NCBI GenBank assembly: GCA_905178155.1
Contig: CAJINV010000020.1
Location: 682,001-746,000 of the forward strand
Source: Amoebophrya sp. A120
Lineage: Eukaryota; Protista; Dinoflagellata
DNA length: 64,000 nucleotides
Direction of reading: 5' to 3'
Of the stretch, positions 50,466 through 62,600 are shown one piece after another (the first letter of the stretch is position 1; each line of letters begins with the position of its first letter). The position numbers and the translations under genes are program-made. The notes beneath the pieces are model-generated. The model was not told where the DNA came from. It did no database searches and worked only from the letters and a program-made list of their open reading frames with translations.

Positions 50466-51848
50466 ATGAGGGCATCTGCACCCACCTCCCGCAATCCGTC
50501 CTCGTGCTCCATCCGCGTTCTCTACGGCCTCTGTGGTGAGGAGCGCGAGTTCGAGTTTCCGTTGCAAAAACTTGACCACGAGAAAAATGGACGAGAAGGG
50601 GAAAAGCATAAACATGTTTACGAAGCGCCGCTGGTCCGGGCACTCCTTGACAAGGTGGCCGCTTGGCAGCAGGTACCTGCCTGTCTGCTGAGGTGGCGGG
50701 TGTACTGTGCTGCAAAAGGCGCCGGCGCACAATCACGAGACGGAACAGAGGGTGTGAGCACAGATGATGATGTGAACGATCACGAGCACGACAGCGACAG
50801 CGTAGCAGACAGTACCGACAACCTGATTGAAGGTCATGACCAAGTGGTTGACAATACATGCCAAGAACCAGACGCAGACCCAGGAGAGGACGAGCCCATG
50901 AGCAGCGGTAGTTTATTCGGTTTTCACAATCTCGTCCCTGTTGCAGCCCTACCTGCGGATTCTGTTGGAGACAGGTTGAACATCCGCAATTACAATCGGG
51001 AAGACGAGGAGGAACTTTTTGCGAACGTCGTCTACGATAAGACCGTGGAAAAAAGACGGGAAACCAGGCTGGATTTGCAGGGCGTGCGGGTAGTATTCGC
51101 AGCAGATAAAGTTGATTCTGATCGAGTGCGCGAACGTACTGAATCTGAACACGGCACGACACGACCAGGACAATGTGCGAGGGTATTATCCGAGCAGGTG
51201 GAGGATCCAGATGAACTACATGAGCGGCCGCAAGGGACGAGCCTAGAAAGTCTCGGCGTTGACATCGTGTACCATTTTTTCCTGGCCTGTCCCTCCCTCG
51301 AAGACCTCGTCTGGGATGAAGCGTTTCGAAGCAGCATGAAGAGTTCAGGATCAAATAGGTCGAGCAAGACCTCCACCAGCCTTCCAGCTGCGAAGGAGCG
51401 AGAAGAAGATCTTCGTGACTCCATTTCTCCTCGTGGTTCCGATGGAAAAAATGATGACGGCTTTGCGGGGACCAGTTGCAGTACTACAGATGATGATGAT
51501 GAAATAAGTCGAAGGGCCGCGGAAACAGAAATGGAAAGAGCGGCCGCAGTGATGGGCAGAGCCTTGTCGCCGACGCGTCCATCGTCTATTCTCTCGCTCG
51601 CGGTGTGGCGGCAGGTTGCACAGAGGGGGTTCGGAGGGTGCTGCGCGTTTTTGTTCCTGCGTCTGCACGAAGACTGCCCCTTTCTGGGTTTTGACGAAGA
51701 AAAGATGCAGCTGACCGATTTGCCGCAGTGGGTGCAACTACTAGAGGCCAACTGCGAACTGTACGCAGCACAGGAGTCCGGCCCAGCTTCGGAAGCGAAA
51801 ACCTGGCGAAGGGCACGGTATCTCATCCAGACAATGGCGCGTCGGTAA
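50466..51848 (+). CDS. Hypothetical protein, 460 aa
   Basis: Long single ORF with acidic low-complexity loops between structured-looking blocks; no family recognised. Confidence 0.65.
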   Translation: MRASAPTSRNPSSCSIRVLYGLCGEEREFEFPLQKLDHEKNGREGEKHKHVYEAPLVRALLDKVAAWQQVPACLLRWRVYCAAKGAGAQSRDGTEGVSTDDDVNDHEHDSDSVADSTDNLIEGHDQVVDNTCQEPDADPGEDEPMSSGSLFGFHNLVPVAALPADSVGDRLNIRNYNREDEEELFANVVYDKTVEKRRETRLDLQGVRVVFAADKVDSDRVRERTESEHGTTRPGQCARVLSEQVEDPDELHERPQGTSLESLGVDIVYHFFLACPSLEDLVWDEAFRSSMKSSGSNRSSKTSTSLPAAKEREEDLRDSISPRGSDGKNDDGFAGTSCSTTDDDDEISRRAAETEMERAAAVMGRALSPTRPSSILSLAVWRQVAQRGFGGCCAFLFLRLHEDCPFLGFDEEKMQLTDLPQWVQLLEANCELYAAQESGPASEAKTWRRARYLIQTMARR

Positions 51849-53176
51849 CTAGTACGGGTTTCGTCGTAAAAATAGTCGTAGTTGTCTAATTTTACTACAA
51901 CTAGGGATAGTGGCATTTTTGAAATTAATGGAGGTGAGGAAGTAGAGTTCTTGTAATCGTACTTGTAGCCGAACTAAATGTGAATACTAGTAGAGCAGAC
52001 GAATTGATAACAAGAAACAATCGAGGAATAGCAATAGGTTTTTCGCAGAGCTTTTGGTTTTAGTGAAGCTAAATGTAAAATCCAAGCAGCACCAGTGAGG
52101 GGTGCCCCGTCGTAGTGTCATTTTGATTGATATTTTGAGCTTTTATTTTGCCGGATGGTAATCTGCGTTTTGCTGGTATTGAGTAGACGGCTACGCTACC
52201 AACAAGAATAAATGTATACCTGCTACTAGGAATCTTCTGGCGCCAGAAGCAGAACTAAGGAGCCGACTATTTCTTCGTTGTAAATGTAAGTGTAATTATT
52301 CTAATTTCAAAAGAGACCGACGACGCTATCTAAAGCGCCTCATCATCCCCATCGCCATGTTTCACGCGATGAACAAGATTTGATCCGTTACCGTTTCCGA
52401 ACTAATACTAAACGAGAGCTTCACTTTTGCTATGTTGTTCGCCTTATGGTTATGGATGCTTATAAAGAAACAAGAAGAACGTAGAGGCAAATGTGGGAAC
52501 ACCACCACCGCGAGTTTTGTGCGCAAACATGTGTTGTTTCCTCCAAAGTTGTTGCTGTTCTTCGCAACAAGGACACTGCAGTCCCTTTTACGTACCTCTC
52601 GTGATCTAAGTTCTGTGATGCAGTCATCGTGTTCGTCGTGCGTGTCTTTCTGTTTCACTTTCTTGTCGTGCAGCTCGTTGTGGGTGGCAATAAAGAAATC
52701 TAGTACCTTCTCCACAACCACCACCAGATCTTCACTTCCTTCCTCGTGCGTATTCGTATTTGTTGTCGTTTGATGTCCGCCTTCGTTCCGGTGCCACATC
52801 GTGTTCGTCGTTCTTCGTTTTCAACCCCATCTTCGTTCTGGTACAAAAACAAATGGAAATAGGCCTAGACTGATCTTCAAGGCGAAGGTATAGTCTATTA
52901 CAGCTTCTTTGGCTCCTCGTCGTCGTCCATCTTCCCTCAACTCGAAATATACGCAAACTTAATTTCAGGCGGCGAGAAACAAAAAACCCAGTTCTCAAGA
53001 TAGTTACTTACAGCTTACATTAGTATTGGTTGCGTTCGCCGCAATATTTCTTTTTGGCCGACGAGATAAAAAGAAAAAGAATATGATCAAGAATACAAGA
53101 GTCAAAAGTTAGAAGGATCAAAAATTTCCTCTTTGGTCTTCAAGATGCCTCCAATTTCTTCCAACATCTCAACATC

Positions 53177-56100
53177 ATGATTCGGGGGAAACCGCCGCGG
53201 CGGCGCCTCAGTGCGGCTGTTGCGACCTCACCGCGCAGTTCCTCCGAAAGTGCGACGCCGTTCCGGAGCTTGATAACGCGGCAAAACGAACGGAAGAGCC
53301 GCCAGCCTCCCCCGCAAATTCTACCTGTTGAAGTGAGGAAATCGGATCCACCACAAGCAGACAACAACCGCCTGCGCAGTTCGGGCAACTACAGCCTCAA
53401 CACGGGGCAACATGACGAAAGGTCAGCAGCAGGTTTGCCCCCTCGACGACTCACGTCCGGTCGTGAGTCGGTGCGGAGTGCGGCCTCATCGTCGAAGCCC
53501 CGTCGAGTCAAGCGAAGCCCCGTCGAGTCAAGACGCGTGAAGGATCAGATCAAGCACGAAATGCAGCAAGTTTTGCAGCAAGAAGACGATGTTTCTATGG
53601 TGCCTAGTATTGGCAGTAAAGCAACTACGTCGATGAAGAACCACCAGCATCCTTGGTCGCCGAAGCAAGCCCGGTCGCCGAAAGACAAAGATCAAGTTCT
53701 CCAAGCAGAAAATAGCAAAGTATCGCCGAAATCGAAACGACACAAGCCCTCCGTGAAAGAAAAGTTCCTTGAGAAAATGACCATCGGGGGGCCGCGAGGC
53801 GGGAGTAAAGACGGGATTCTTGCAAACGAGCAGTCTTCGCAGCAGCAGCAGCTTCCGGCCGCCGGCAAAGCGAGTAAGGCGATCAATGTCAATGCGGTAG
53901 ACCACCGACTGCATCATGGCGACCAAGCGCAACAGCAAGATCATCTTCGTGAAAGCGCCGATAAAAGAACTACAAACACCGATCTTCAACACCATCATCA
54001 GCAAGTTCTCCTGAAACCGATGAAGCTTCCGCATTCGCCGTTGGCCTCTCGGCGGACACGTCCACAGACCGGCGGTGGCTCGCCCGGAGGGGCTGGCGGA
54101 TCATCGTCTCCAGTTGCAGCTTATGCATTGCAAAAGTTGTATCTCACTAATCCAAATTGCATCACAATTTTTTTCAAGAAGAAAAATGGAATTTGTAATG
54201 CTGATTTGCCTAAAAAGGGATATTTGTGATGCATGATAGCAATTACAACTACGAGTACGATTACGATACTTTTGCACAGGATACAGCTTCGCAGTTCGAA
54301 GACGCTCCGGTTGTCTCGCCACGAGATACGAGTCGGAATCTGCTTTCGAAAGCTGCAGCTGCACAAGGCCAGCAAAGTTACAACCAGCAGGCCCAGGCGC
54401 AAGGTCAATTATGTCTTCCGCTGTCCCCAGCGCAGCAGCGTAATCATCAGCTACATCCTCAGCAGAAGAATCAGGTTCCGAGTACGCAGGACGCAGCCGA
54501 GGACCAGTACAGCAAGAAGAGGCTAGATGAGCAGACCTCCTCCTTCATTCTGCCGAAGTTGGTAGGGGCCGCGGTCGCATGACAAAGTTCGTCGAGGGAC
54601 TACGGTTGACTCAGCGATCTGGAAGCAGCGATTACGTCTGGTCGTGAGTCGGTGCGGAGAGCGGCCTCATCGTCGAAACTGACCACAGCCACACCGTCCT
54701 CAACGTTGCACCCCCCGCAAGAGGACGGACAAGTAGACCGCCGCCGGAGCGGCAAAGGTAACACGACCATTAAGCAGTCTTCTAAGAATCTGGTGGACCA
54801 GCAGCAGTTGGAGCTCGATTTCCTTCGGCGCCCCAGCGTGTTTGAGACTGCGGAGAACAGGTTTGCTTCGGTCCACGGGGGTAAGCGCGAAGCCTACAAC
54901 CTGTTGCTGAACCTGTGTTCTGATGACGTGGTCCGGGCGCACGGGTACGACCCGGACCGCTGGAGTTACCAAGTGTACGAGTCGCAGTGGATGACGGGGT
55001 TCCTGGTCGCTGTGGTGGCCGTCAACGTGGTGCTGATTGGTTTCGAAGCCGCCGACGAAATGAACAACAAGCCGGAGAACCAGACCTCGCAGGAGGTAGC
55101 GGACGACTTCATGTTTTCCTCCTGGTGGTTTGTGGAGCTTGGGTTTTTCATCATTTACTTGGCGGAGATATGCCTGCGGTTTCACGCGTACGAATACCGC
55201 AGTCTGTTTTTTCTCCGCGGCGACTGGTTCAACAACTCCCTTGACTCGTTGCTCCTGGCACTGCAAATCGTCGAGCTGGCTGGCGCGTCCAACATGGGCA
55301 TCGACCTCGGGTTCATGAAGATGGTGCGGCTGGCGCGGTTGACCAAGCTGAAGGCGAGCGAGAGCATCTGCATGACCTCGGCCGTGTTGATTGAGTCCAT
55401 CCTGGAGTCCGTGTTCCTCTTTTTCCTGCTCTTCCTCCTGATCACCGTGAACGCCACGGTCGTCATGGTCTACCGCGCCTCGTTCGGCAAGTTCGAGGCG
55501 GATTCGCTGGAATTCGGAACCACCGCGTTTTTCAGCGACTACGGGGCCGCGGTCTACACCTTCGTGCAGCTGACCCTGGTGGACAGCGTCTTTGACCGGT
55601 TTCGGGAGCTCACCGGCGAGGCGCCGGTGCTCGGAGTGCTGGCGATTTTGCACATTTTGCTGGGCTCGATCATGATCATGAGCCTGGTCATCGGTCTGGT
55701 CACGGACATCCAGTTCCGCACGCAGAAGGCCATGCGCCTGCAGAAAAAGCTGGAGTCGGCCGTGGAGCTCGCGAATTGGCTGATCGTAAACGTCGGGGCA
55801 GTGGATTCCCATCTGAATAGTCTCATCCTCGCACGGGAGCGCAGAAAAGAAAAAGATGAGGAAGATGGCATGGGGAAGGGTGGAATAAATCTACTCAACA
55901 AGAACAACAACAAACCACTTGATGGCGCTGCACCGGGTAACAATGAAAACGAAAAGGATGGCGTCGAAGAAGATGTTCATCTTGGGGGACAGAAGCAGGC
56001 GACAATGAAAAAGGCCGACAATGATCCTAGTTCTCCTACAAGTTCTACTCAAGACCAGCAGGCGAACGCCAGTGCTGATGCACCGCCTCCCGAGGACATC

Positions 56101-58439
56101 ACACATGCGGGCCCCAAAGAGAGCAAACCAACAGGAGACCACGTGGTGAAACACGTACTAACCAAGGAACAAGATACCGGACCCGGGCGCGAGGAGACGC
56201 AGTTGCGTGCGACGCAGGGTCTGACCATCCCGTATTGAGAGGAAAAATCCCCCCTCCCCATATCGAAAACGAAATTTGTGATGCTGTATTTGAGTACACA
56301 AATCGACTTGTAATGCTAGAAGGCCAAGAGCCGCAGTTGTGGCCTCGTTTGCAGGCAATTTGTCATGCTGTTTCCCACTTCCAGTTGCTTCCTGTCATGC
56401 TGAAGATGCAAGGCTTCCCCACGCCACCCAGCACTACAGTCCGCATCCTTTATTCCCGTCTAGCATGACAAAGCTGATTTGTGACTGCAAATCTGCATCA
56501 CAGATTTCCGTTTTGATATGGGGAGGGGGGATGTTTCTTCTTGATATCCCGGTGAGCGTGTTTTACGATCCGGTTGTGCAACGGCAGATGCGGGTGGTGG
56601 GGCACGTGAACGAAGAACACATTCCCTACGTGATTATCTCCGCGATCCAGGAAACCGCCCGGGCGGCGGGGGTCCCGGACGACGCCAACCTGCATTCCGT
56701 GACGGCGATGGCGGTCGCCGAGAGCATCTACATGCGCGAGCTGGACCTGGGCCGCGACGACGTTCTGACCGCTTTCCAGGAGACCAAGCGGGTGCGCAGC
56801 TTCATCGGGTGGCAGAGCCGCCTGCAGTTTCTCGGCATGGAGCTCCAGCGGCTGGTGCTCTATACCCTAGGGCACATCTTGGAGACAAGACCAGAAATAA
56901 CTACAACAAACAAGCAAGGCGGGTCGCCAGCTGCTGCGAAGATGTCCAGCAAAATAACTTACGACCCAACTAGTACTTCTAGTTCTGCTGGAAACTACAG
57001 AGTAAGTACAGGCACAGCTACTGGAGGGACACGACCAGCAGATGATGGGGTTCTAGCATCGGGCAGTATGATTTTCCCGGAACGTGGTTTTGCCCCGACC
57101 TCTACATCACCGGGGACCGAGTACCTGCTGCCGTCCAGTGGTAACAGCTACAAGGACCGACGAGACAGTACAACTAGCACAACTTCTGTGCAGCTGGATC
57201 CTCAAAGAACGGGCGTTGCCAGCGATCAAGCACCCTTCAGTCCTGCTGGTAGCAAAGGCACGACAAAGTTGGCAGTTCCCCGCCCGCACGGCGTGCTTCC
57301 CGAAGGGGAAGGACTCCAAGAAGGGCTAAGAACTACGAGCAGCGCCGATCATGCCGGCAGCGACCACGAGCTCCTGCTCGAGGAAAGTGATACAGACGAA
57401 ATTTTGTTCGGAGCAGAAGCGCGTCATCTTGCTGACGCCCCTGCAGCACTGCACGTGCACCTTGACGAGGCACTGCACATTTACGAGAATACCGTGCAGA
57501 ATCAGAATAGGACGTGGTCGAACCAGAGAAACAAAAACCAGAACTACCAACGAAAGAATAATGTGCGTGCCGAGGGCGAAATGGCGGGCGAGCTGCCGGC
57601 CATGTCAGTGCAGCAGGGACTGCTGACGCCGGCCATGAAGAGGCGGCTGCAGGAACGGCAGGAGCAGGGCCGGTCCTCTCTCCTGAGCCTGTTCAGTACG
57701 AACAGTCCTCCGGGCTTCCGTTCGTTCGACAGTTTGAACAGGAGCACGATGGCTAATAAGCACCTGGTTGGAGTAGACCACCACGCCGAGCTGCATACCC
57801 TGTTGCTGCAGCAGATGGCGTCTCTGGAGCGGTTGACCAAGGAACAGGACTTCTCCCAAGATATTCTGTGCAAAAGTATCGTACTCGTATTGCAATCATG
57901 CATTGCTGCAAATCCCTTTGTTAAGCTTAAGGTAAATCCGCATTACAAATTTTATTTCTCACGCTGAGGAAATTTGTAAATGCATTTATAGGACGAGTGC
58001 GATACTTTTGCAGTTCATACAAGACGACTACAGGCAACACATCCTGGCGCGGTGCACCGGCGGCCGCGGGGTCGGCGGAAATAAGAAGGGATCGTTAGGC
58101 GCGGAGATGAACAACATAGAGGCTCCTGACGCACCAGCCGCCGGCTCCTCGCCGTTGGAAAATAAAACCACGGAGGCACGGCTGCTGGAAATCATGGAGC
58201 TTTTGTACCTGAAGTGCGAGGCAGAGAACATGCTCCCTTCGTGTGGGGTCAAGTACCACAGTGCCAGCGCGGCCATCGTGGACGACTTGGTGCGGGACCG
58301 GCTGGAGCGGCAAGGGAGTACCCTCGCCTCCGTCCTGCAGAACCGCCTGCAGAACGCGCTCAGAAGCGAACTCTTGCAGCAAGGCATGCAGATCGACACG
58401 CAGGTCTTGCAAACCAGGATTGGCCACACGGTTTCGTGA
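53177..58439 (+). CDS. Single-domain 6-TM voltage-gated cation channel-like protein with long disordered termini (linkage of the 53177-54557 part is uncertain)
   Basis: S1 FLVAVVAVNVVLIGFE, S2 FFIIYLAEICLRF, S3 WFNNSLD, S4 MKMVRLARLTKLK, pore FSDYGAAVYTFVQLTLVDS, S6 IMSLVIGLVTD. Introners at 54122, 56233 and 57862; putative 57-nt intron 54558-54614. Confidence 0.78.
54122..54283. mobile_element. TIR introner, family B
   Basis: Perfect DR cagct; joins PVAA|SQFEDA. Confidence 0.9.
56233..56546. mobile_element. TIR introner (long TIR, atcccccctccccatatc family)
   Basis: Perfect DR tcccg; joins GLTIP|VSVFYDP. Confidence 0.9.
57862..58019 (-). mobile_element. TIR introner, family B, reverse orientation
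   Basis: Perfect DR caaga; its reverse complement aligns by eye with 538-688 and 61434-61583; joins FSQD|DYRQH. Confidence 0.9.
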
Positions 58440-59677
58440 TAGAAGAAGTGCAGCTCTTTATTTGTTTTGGTTTTTCATTTTCAGATGCACGAGCTCGAGC
58501 GCGTGCACGTGAACACGTAAGGTGTGTGGGGTAGATTGATCGATGTCTAAGCCCAGACCACGTGGGTCACAGTCAAACCTTTTCTTTCTACACATCCTTA
58601 TCCATGATCGTATACGATACTAGATTGATATATTCATATTGGTACCAAAAAACGGCGTTTCTTGGCACATAATGTATGCATTTGGAAGAGCTATCGCCCG
58701 GCAACTTTTCTTTCCAGAATGAAAAAGTAATATTTTCACGCGATCACTTCGAGTATTTCTATTTTTCGTTTTCTTCAGTTTTCGCCCCAAGCGAGAGCTC
58801 GTTCTTGAAATTTCGGTGTCGGTCTTTCTCTTTCTGGTCGTGCGGCTGCTGCTGTGAAAGAGTATAAATCTATTTACTTCTTGGCTCGGATCGATTCCAT
58901 CGTACGTCATTACTGTTTTTCCTCGTCCTACTCGTTCGTCCTCGTTTGTGTAGTTTGAAAAAAGTGTAATTTATCGTCAGGCACAGGCCCTGCTCGGTAC
59001 TCCTTTTGACTCAATTGTGAATTGGTACTAGCTCGGTGGCTGGTCTCGTTCATGGATGTGGAAAGTTTCGTCTTCGTTCTCATCGTCCCCACGTTCTTTC
59101 AGGTTTTACTGAACAAACGTATACACGTCGTCGTACCTATTGAGGAACGCCCCTATGACTTGCGCTTCCTGGTTGTTTTACTGGTGTGGCTTCGCCCGTA
59201 GAAGTTTCTCCATCATTGTTTCTTCCGTCATTTCACAACAGCGGTTCTTTTCACTCCCCCCCCGCTCAGAAATTTTTCCCCGAAATAGATATCCATGAAG
59301 TTTCGAAAACAAAATGTAAAGTATGCACAAGTGCAACAACAACATGAACATGATGATGTGTGTCTGTCGTGTTGTACACCCTATTTTTTAGAAATGTCAC
59401 CAATTTCTGGCTAGTAATTCGTAGCATTTATTCCCTCGTGCTTTCCGCACAAAATTCATTCAGAAAGTAAGGAAGCTTATTCTTTATTTCTTCGTACGAT
59501 TCGCTTCTACTTCTTTTATGTTGACCACCTCCTGTCAGCTTCATCGTGGAATGATATTAGCGTGTGGTCGCCCGCCGCGGCGCCGGGCGACCCTGAAGAC
59601 GATGTAGTTGCGCGGCTTGTTTATCGCTTTCTAGAATTGGAGAATTGACAGCTGCGAACAAACGTTCTATTTTCATC

Positions 59678-62600
59678 ATGTCTCACGTTCCGTGCATCGG
59701 AGTGGCGACCACAGGCGCTTTCGACGAGACAGCAAGAACTCCAAGACGAAAGCGACCCCACTTCTACAAGAACCGGGTGGCGGGTCTAAGAATTACAAGT
59801 AGAATTACCGGGGCAAGCGCCGGGTATTTGCTACTGTTTCTGGTTTGGCTATTGGGAAGAGCAGTGCATCACCTTCTGGTGCAGCACCCCTTGCTAAGGC
59901 AAGAATCCGAATCGTTGCCACTAGTACAGCAACCACCTCTACTACTCGTGGACGCGGTTACCGTCCGCCGCGTCTACAGGGACAACTACACGAGGAATAA
60001 GCAGAGGAGCGTCAGCACCAGCGTGACGAGTACAAGAACCACGGGAGCTGCGACCGGATCCAATGAGGTTCTTTTGCGACGGAGCGGCATTTCGACCGTG
60101 CAAATCGATACTGGACGAACCACACATGAGAATGATGAAGACGAGACCGCAACAGGCCCGGATTGCGAAGGCACGCTGAAATGGAAAATGGATTCGACGG
60201 CCTCGGGCGACACGGAGATCTGGAGGGACACGCACGCAGACGCCGTAAGTTACTGCAAATCTCCCGATGTGGTCCCCTCTCTTACTGCCGCACAAGCCAC
60301 CAGTTTCACCCGTCAATTCCAAACGACCCTCGAGCCGGGTACTGGAGGCAAAAACTGCGACACAGTCGAGGATGAACTGGTTCAAATGCTGAAGGGCGAT
60401 CTGGGCGACGCCGTCTTCGACAGCCAACGCACAGTCGCCTGTAGTGACCACACGGCCATCAACTGTGCCGGGCGCTGGAAAATCATCTCCGACCCGCCTT
60501 CCGATTACACAGAGGAGTACGCTGACCTAGGGCTCGCACGGCACGCAGCCATCCGGGAGTGTGTGGACCTGGGAAATGACGCTGCGGAGAATGTAAACAG
60601 GACGCTGCAATTTGTGGTCGACCAGGAATCCCTGAATGGCGGAGAATCTTGTGAGGATTTCGTCAATTCACAGAACAATCCCACGAACGTCGTGGTCAAG
60701 AACGTCGACACTGAACAAATCACACACGACGTAATCTGCAAGGACCACCAATGCGGGTGCACGAAGGGAGAGGTAGACACGAGCGACTCGGGGAAAGCCA
60801 AATGCGAAGGCACTGGGAACGAGGAACAGAATTGCGAGAAGTGCAATCAAGGGTTCAAGATTAGGGAAAACTGGCCCACCGTGAACCAGACTGGATGTGT
60901 GCCGTTTTGCGGCGGACTTCCGCCGGCTGAGTGGAGTGCCACTGATGGGACTTATTACACGTTTTGGGGTTCGCTAACCTCTACCAGCCATTGTCCGTAT
61001 TTTGTTGAGAATTTCTTGACGCAGGAACAACTACTCGTTGTCCTCTCCGAGACAGGGTTGCGCAATAGGTTTTGCAGAAAAGAATATGATCCGGAGCGCG
61101 GCCTGGGTGGGTGTTTCGAGAAGAAGCAAAGCTGCATCGAGCCGGACAGCGCTGCGGTTCAAATTTCCTCAGGATCATGGAGCTCCTCCATTTTAACCCG
61201 TGCCTCGTTGGCCCCCGGCGGGAAAATTGTTCACGCAGGCACCTTTAGGGAAGTTGACCACGCGGTCAGCATCCCCGAACTGAATCCGTCGTGCCCGAGT
61301 CGCTACCAGGGCGAGCCGAAGTTTTACTGCACCGACGGCGGAGAGCCGCTAAGTGTGACCGGTTGCACACTTATTCCCAGCGTGACGTACGAGTTTTACC
61401 TGACGATCAAGGGGGCAAGTGATACGGTTGCGGTATGAATTGCAAAAGCATCGTACTAGTATAAATTGCATTACAAATCTTCTCAGCATGAAAAATTGAA
61501 TTTGTTATGGTGTTTTACACTGGAAAGGACATTTGTCATGCATAACTGCAATTAGTACGAGTGCGATACTTTTGCACAGGATACGCGGACCTCGATAGCA
61601 ACGGGGAGTTCAAAGACGCCGTCAAGGAAGGGCTTCTGGAGTACCTTGGGAACGAAAAAGGTTTCGACCGAACCAAACTGAGCATCGAAGAAGTGACTCT
61701 GGAAGTACACAGTGCGAGCGCTTCGTCCTTCGTGCAGCTGGGAACGACCACCGCCGTAGTTGAGCGACTTGTAATAGAGGAAAACATTGAACAAAAGCAG
61801 GCGACGAGGACGCACGTCGAACTCACGCGGAAGGAAAAGAAGAACAAGAAGCTTCATACCGAAACAACAAAAGTTATCAAAGTAACCGTGGTTGTCCGGC
61901 CCACTACTGCAGATGTCGTTGTGAACAATATTTCCCTACCGGCTTCTGACGCAGACGATTACTTTGATACCGACGCGGACGCGTTGGAAAACCGGGTTAG
62001 TGACGCGCTCTTGGCTAGTACTAGCAGCCAACCAAGTGGCGCGTTGGCCTTGGCGGGTGTACAAGTCGGACGTGACTGCGATGGCTTTCTTCAGTACGAA
62101 GTTCTTGGTTCTTCCGAGCCGACAGTACTCCCTTATTACGAAAACGCCACAGACTACTGCATCCAGCTCACCTCGTGGTCCGAGGCAGTGGCCACGAATG
62201 TAACGCGGACTTTCAAAATGACTTCCCCACAAAGCGGCCAAGGGCTTGACTGCGATGCAAAGCACGCACAGCTGGAAAGGGTAGCACTGACACTTTTGAA
62301 GCTTGAGCCGGTAGTTCAGTGTAGCAAGTACGTGGAAATCGATTGCGAGGGGTACTGGCGGCTCACGCGTGTGGAGGACCACTCTGGTAATAATCAAGAA
62401 ACGGAACTATCCCAAACGGAAGCCAATCTCGCCGACGCGCAGAGTGCGGCGGGGAACGAATGTTCGAAGGAAGGGAGCGTGCTAACCGTGACGGACGTGA
62501 TACGCTTGGACTTTGTGCAAACAGTACAGCCGCGGAACGCTGGAGACAGCTGCGCAGTAGTTTCCGGGGGGAGTATGGACGCCAGCGGCACGCTACTTCC

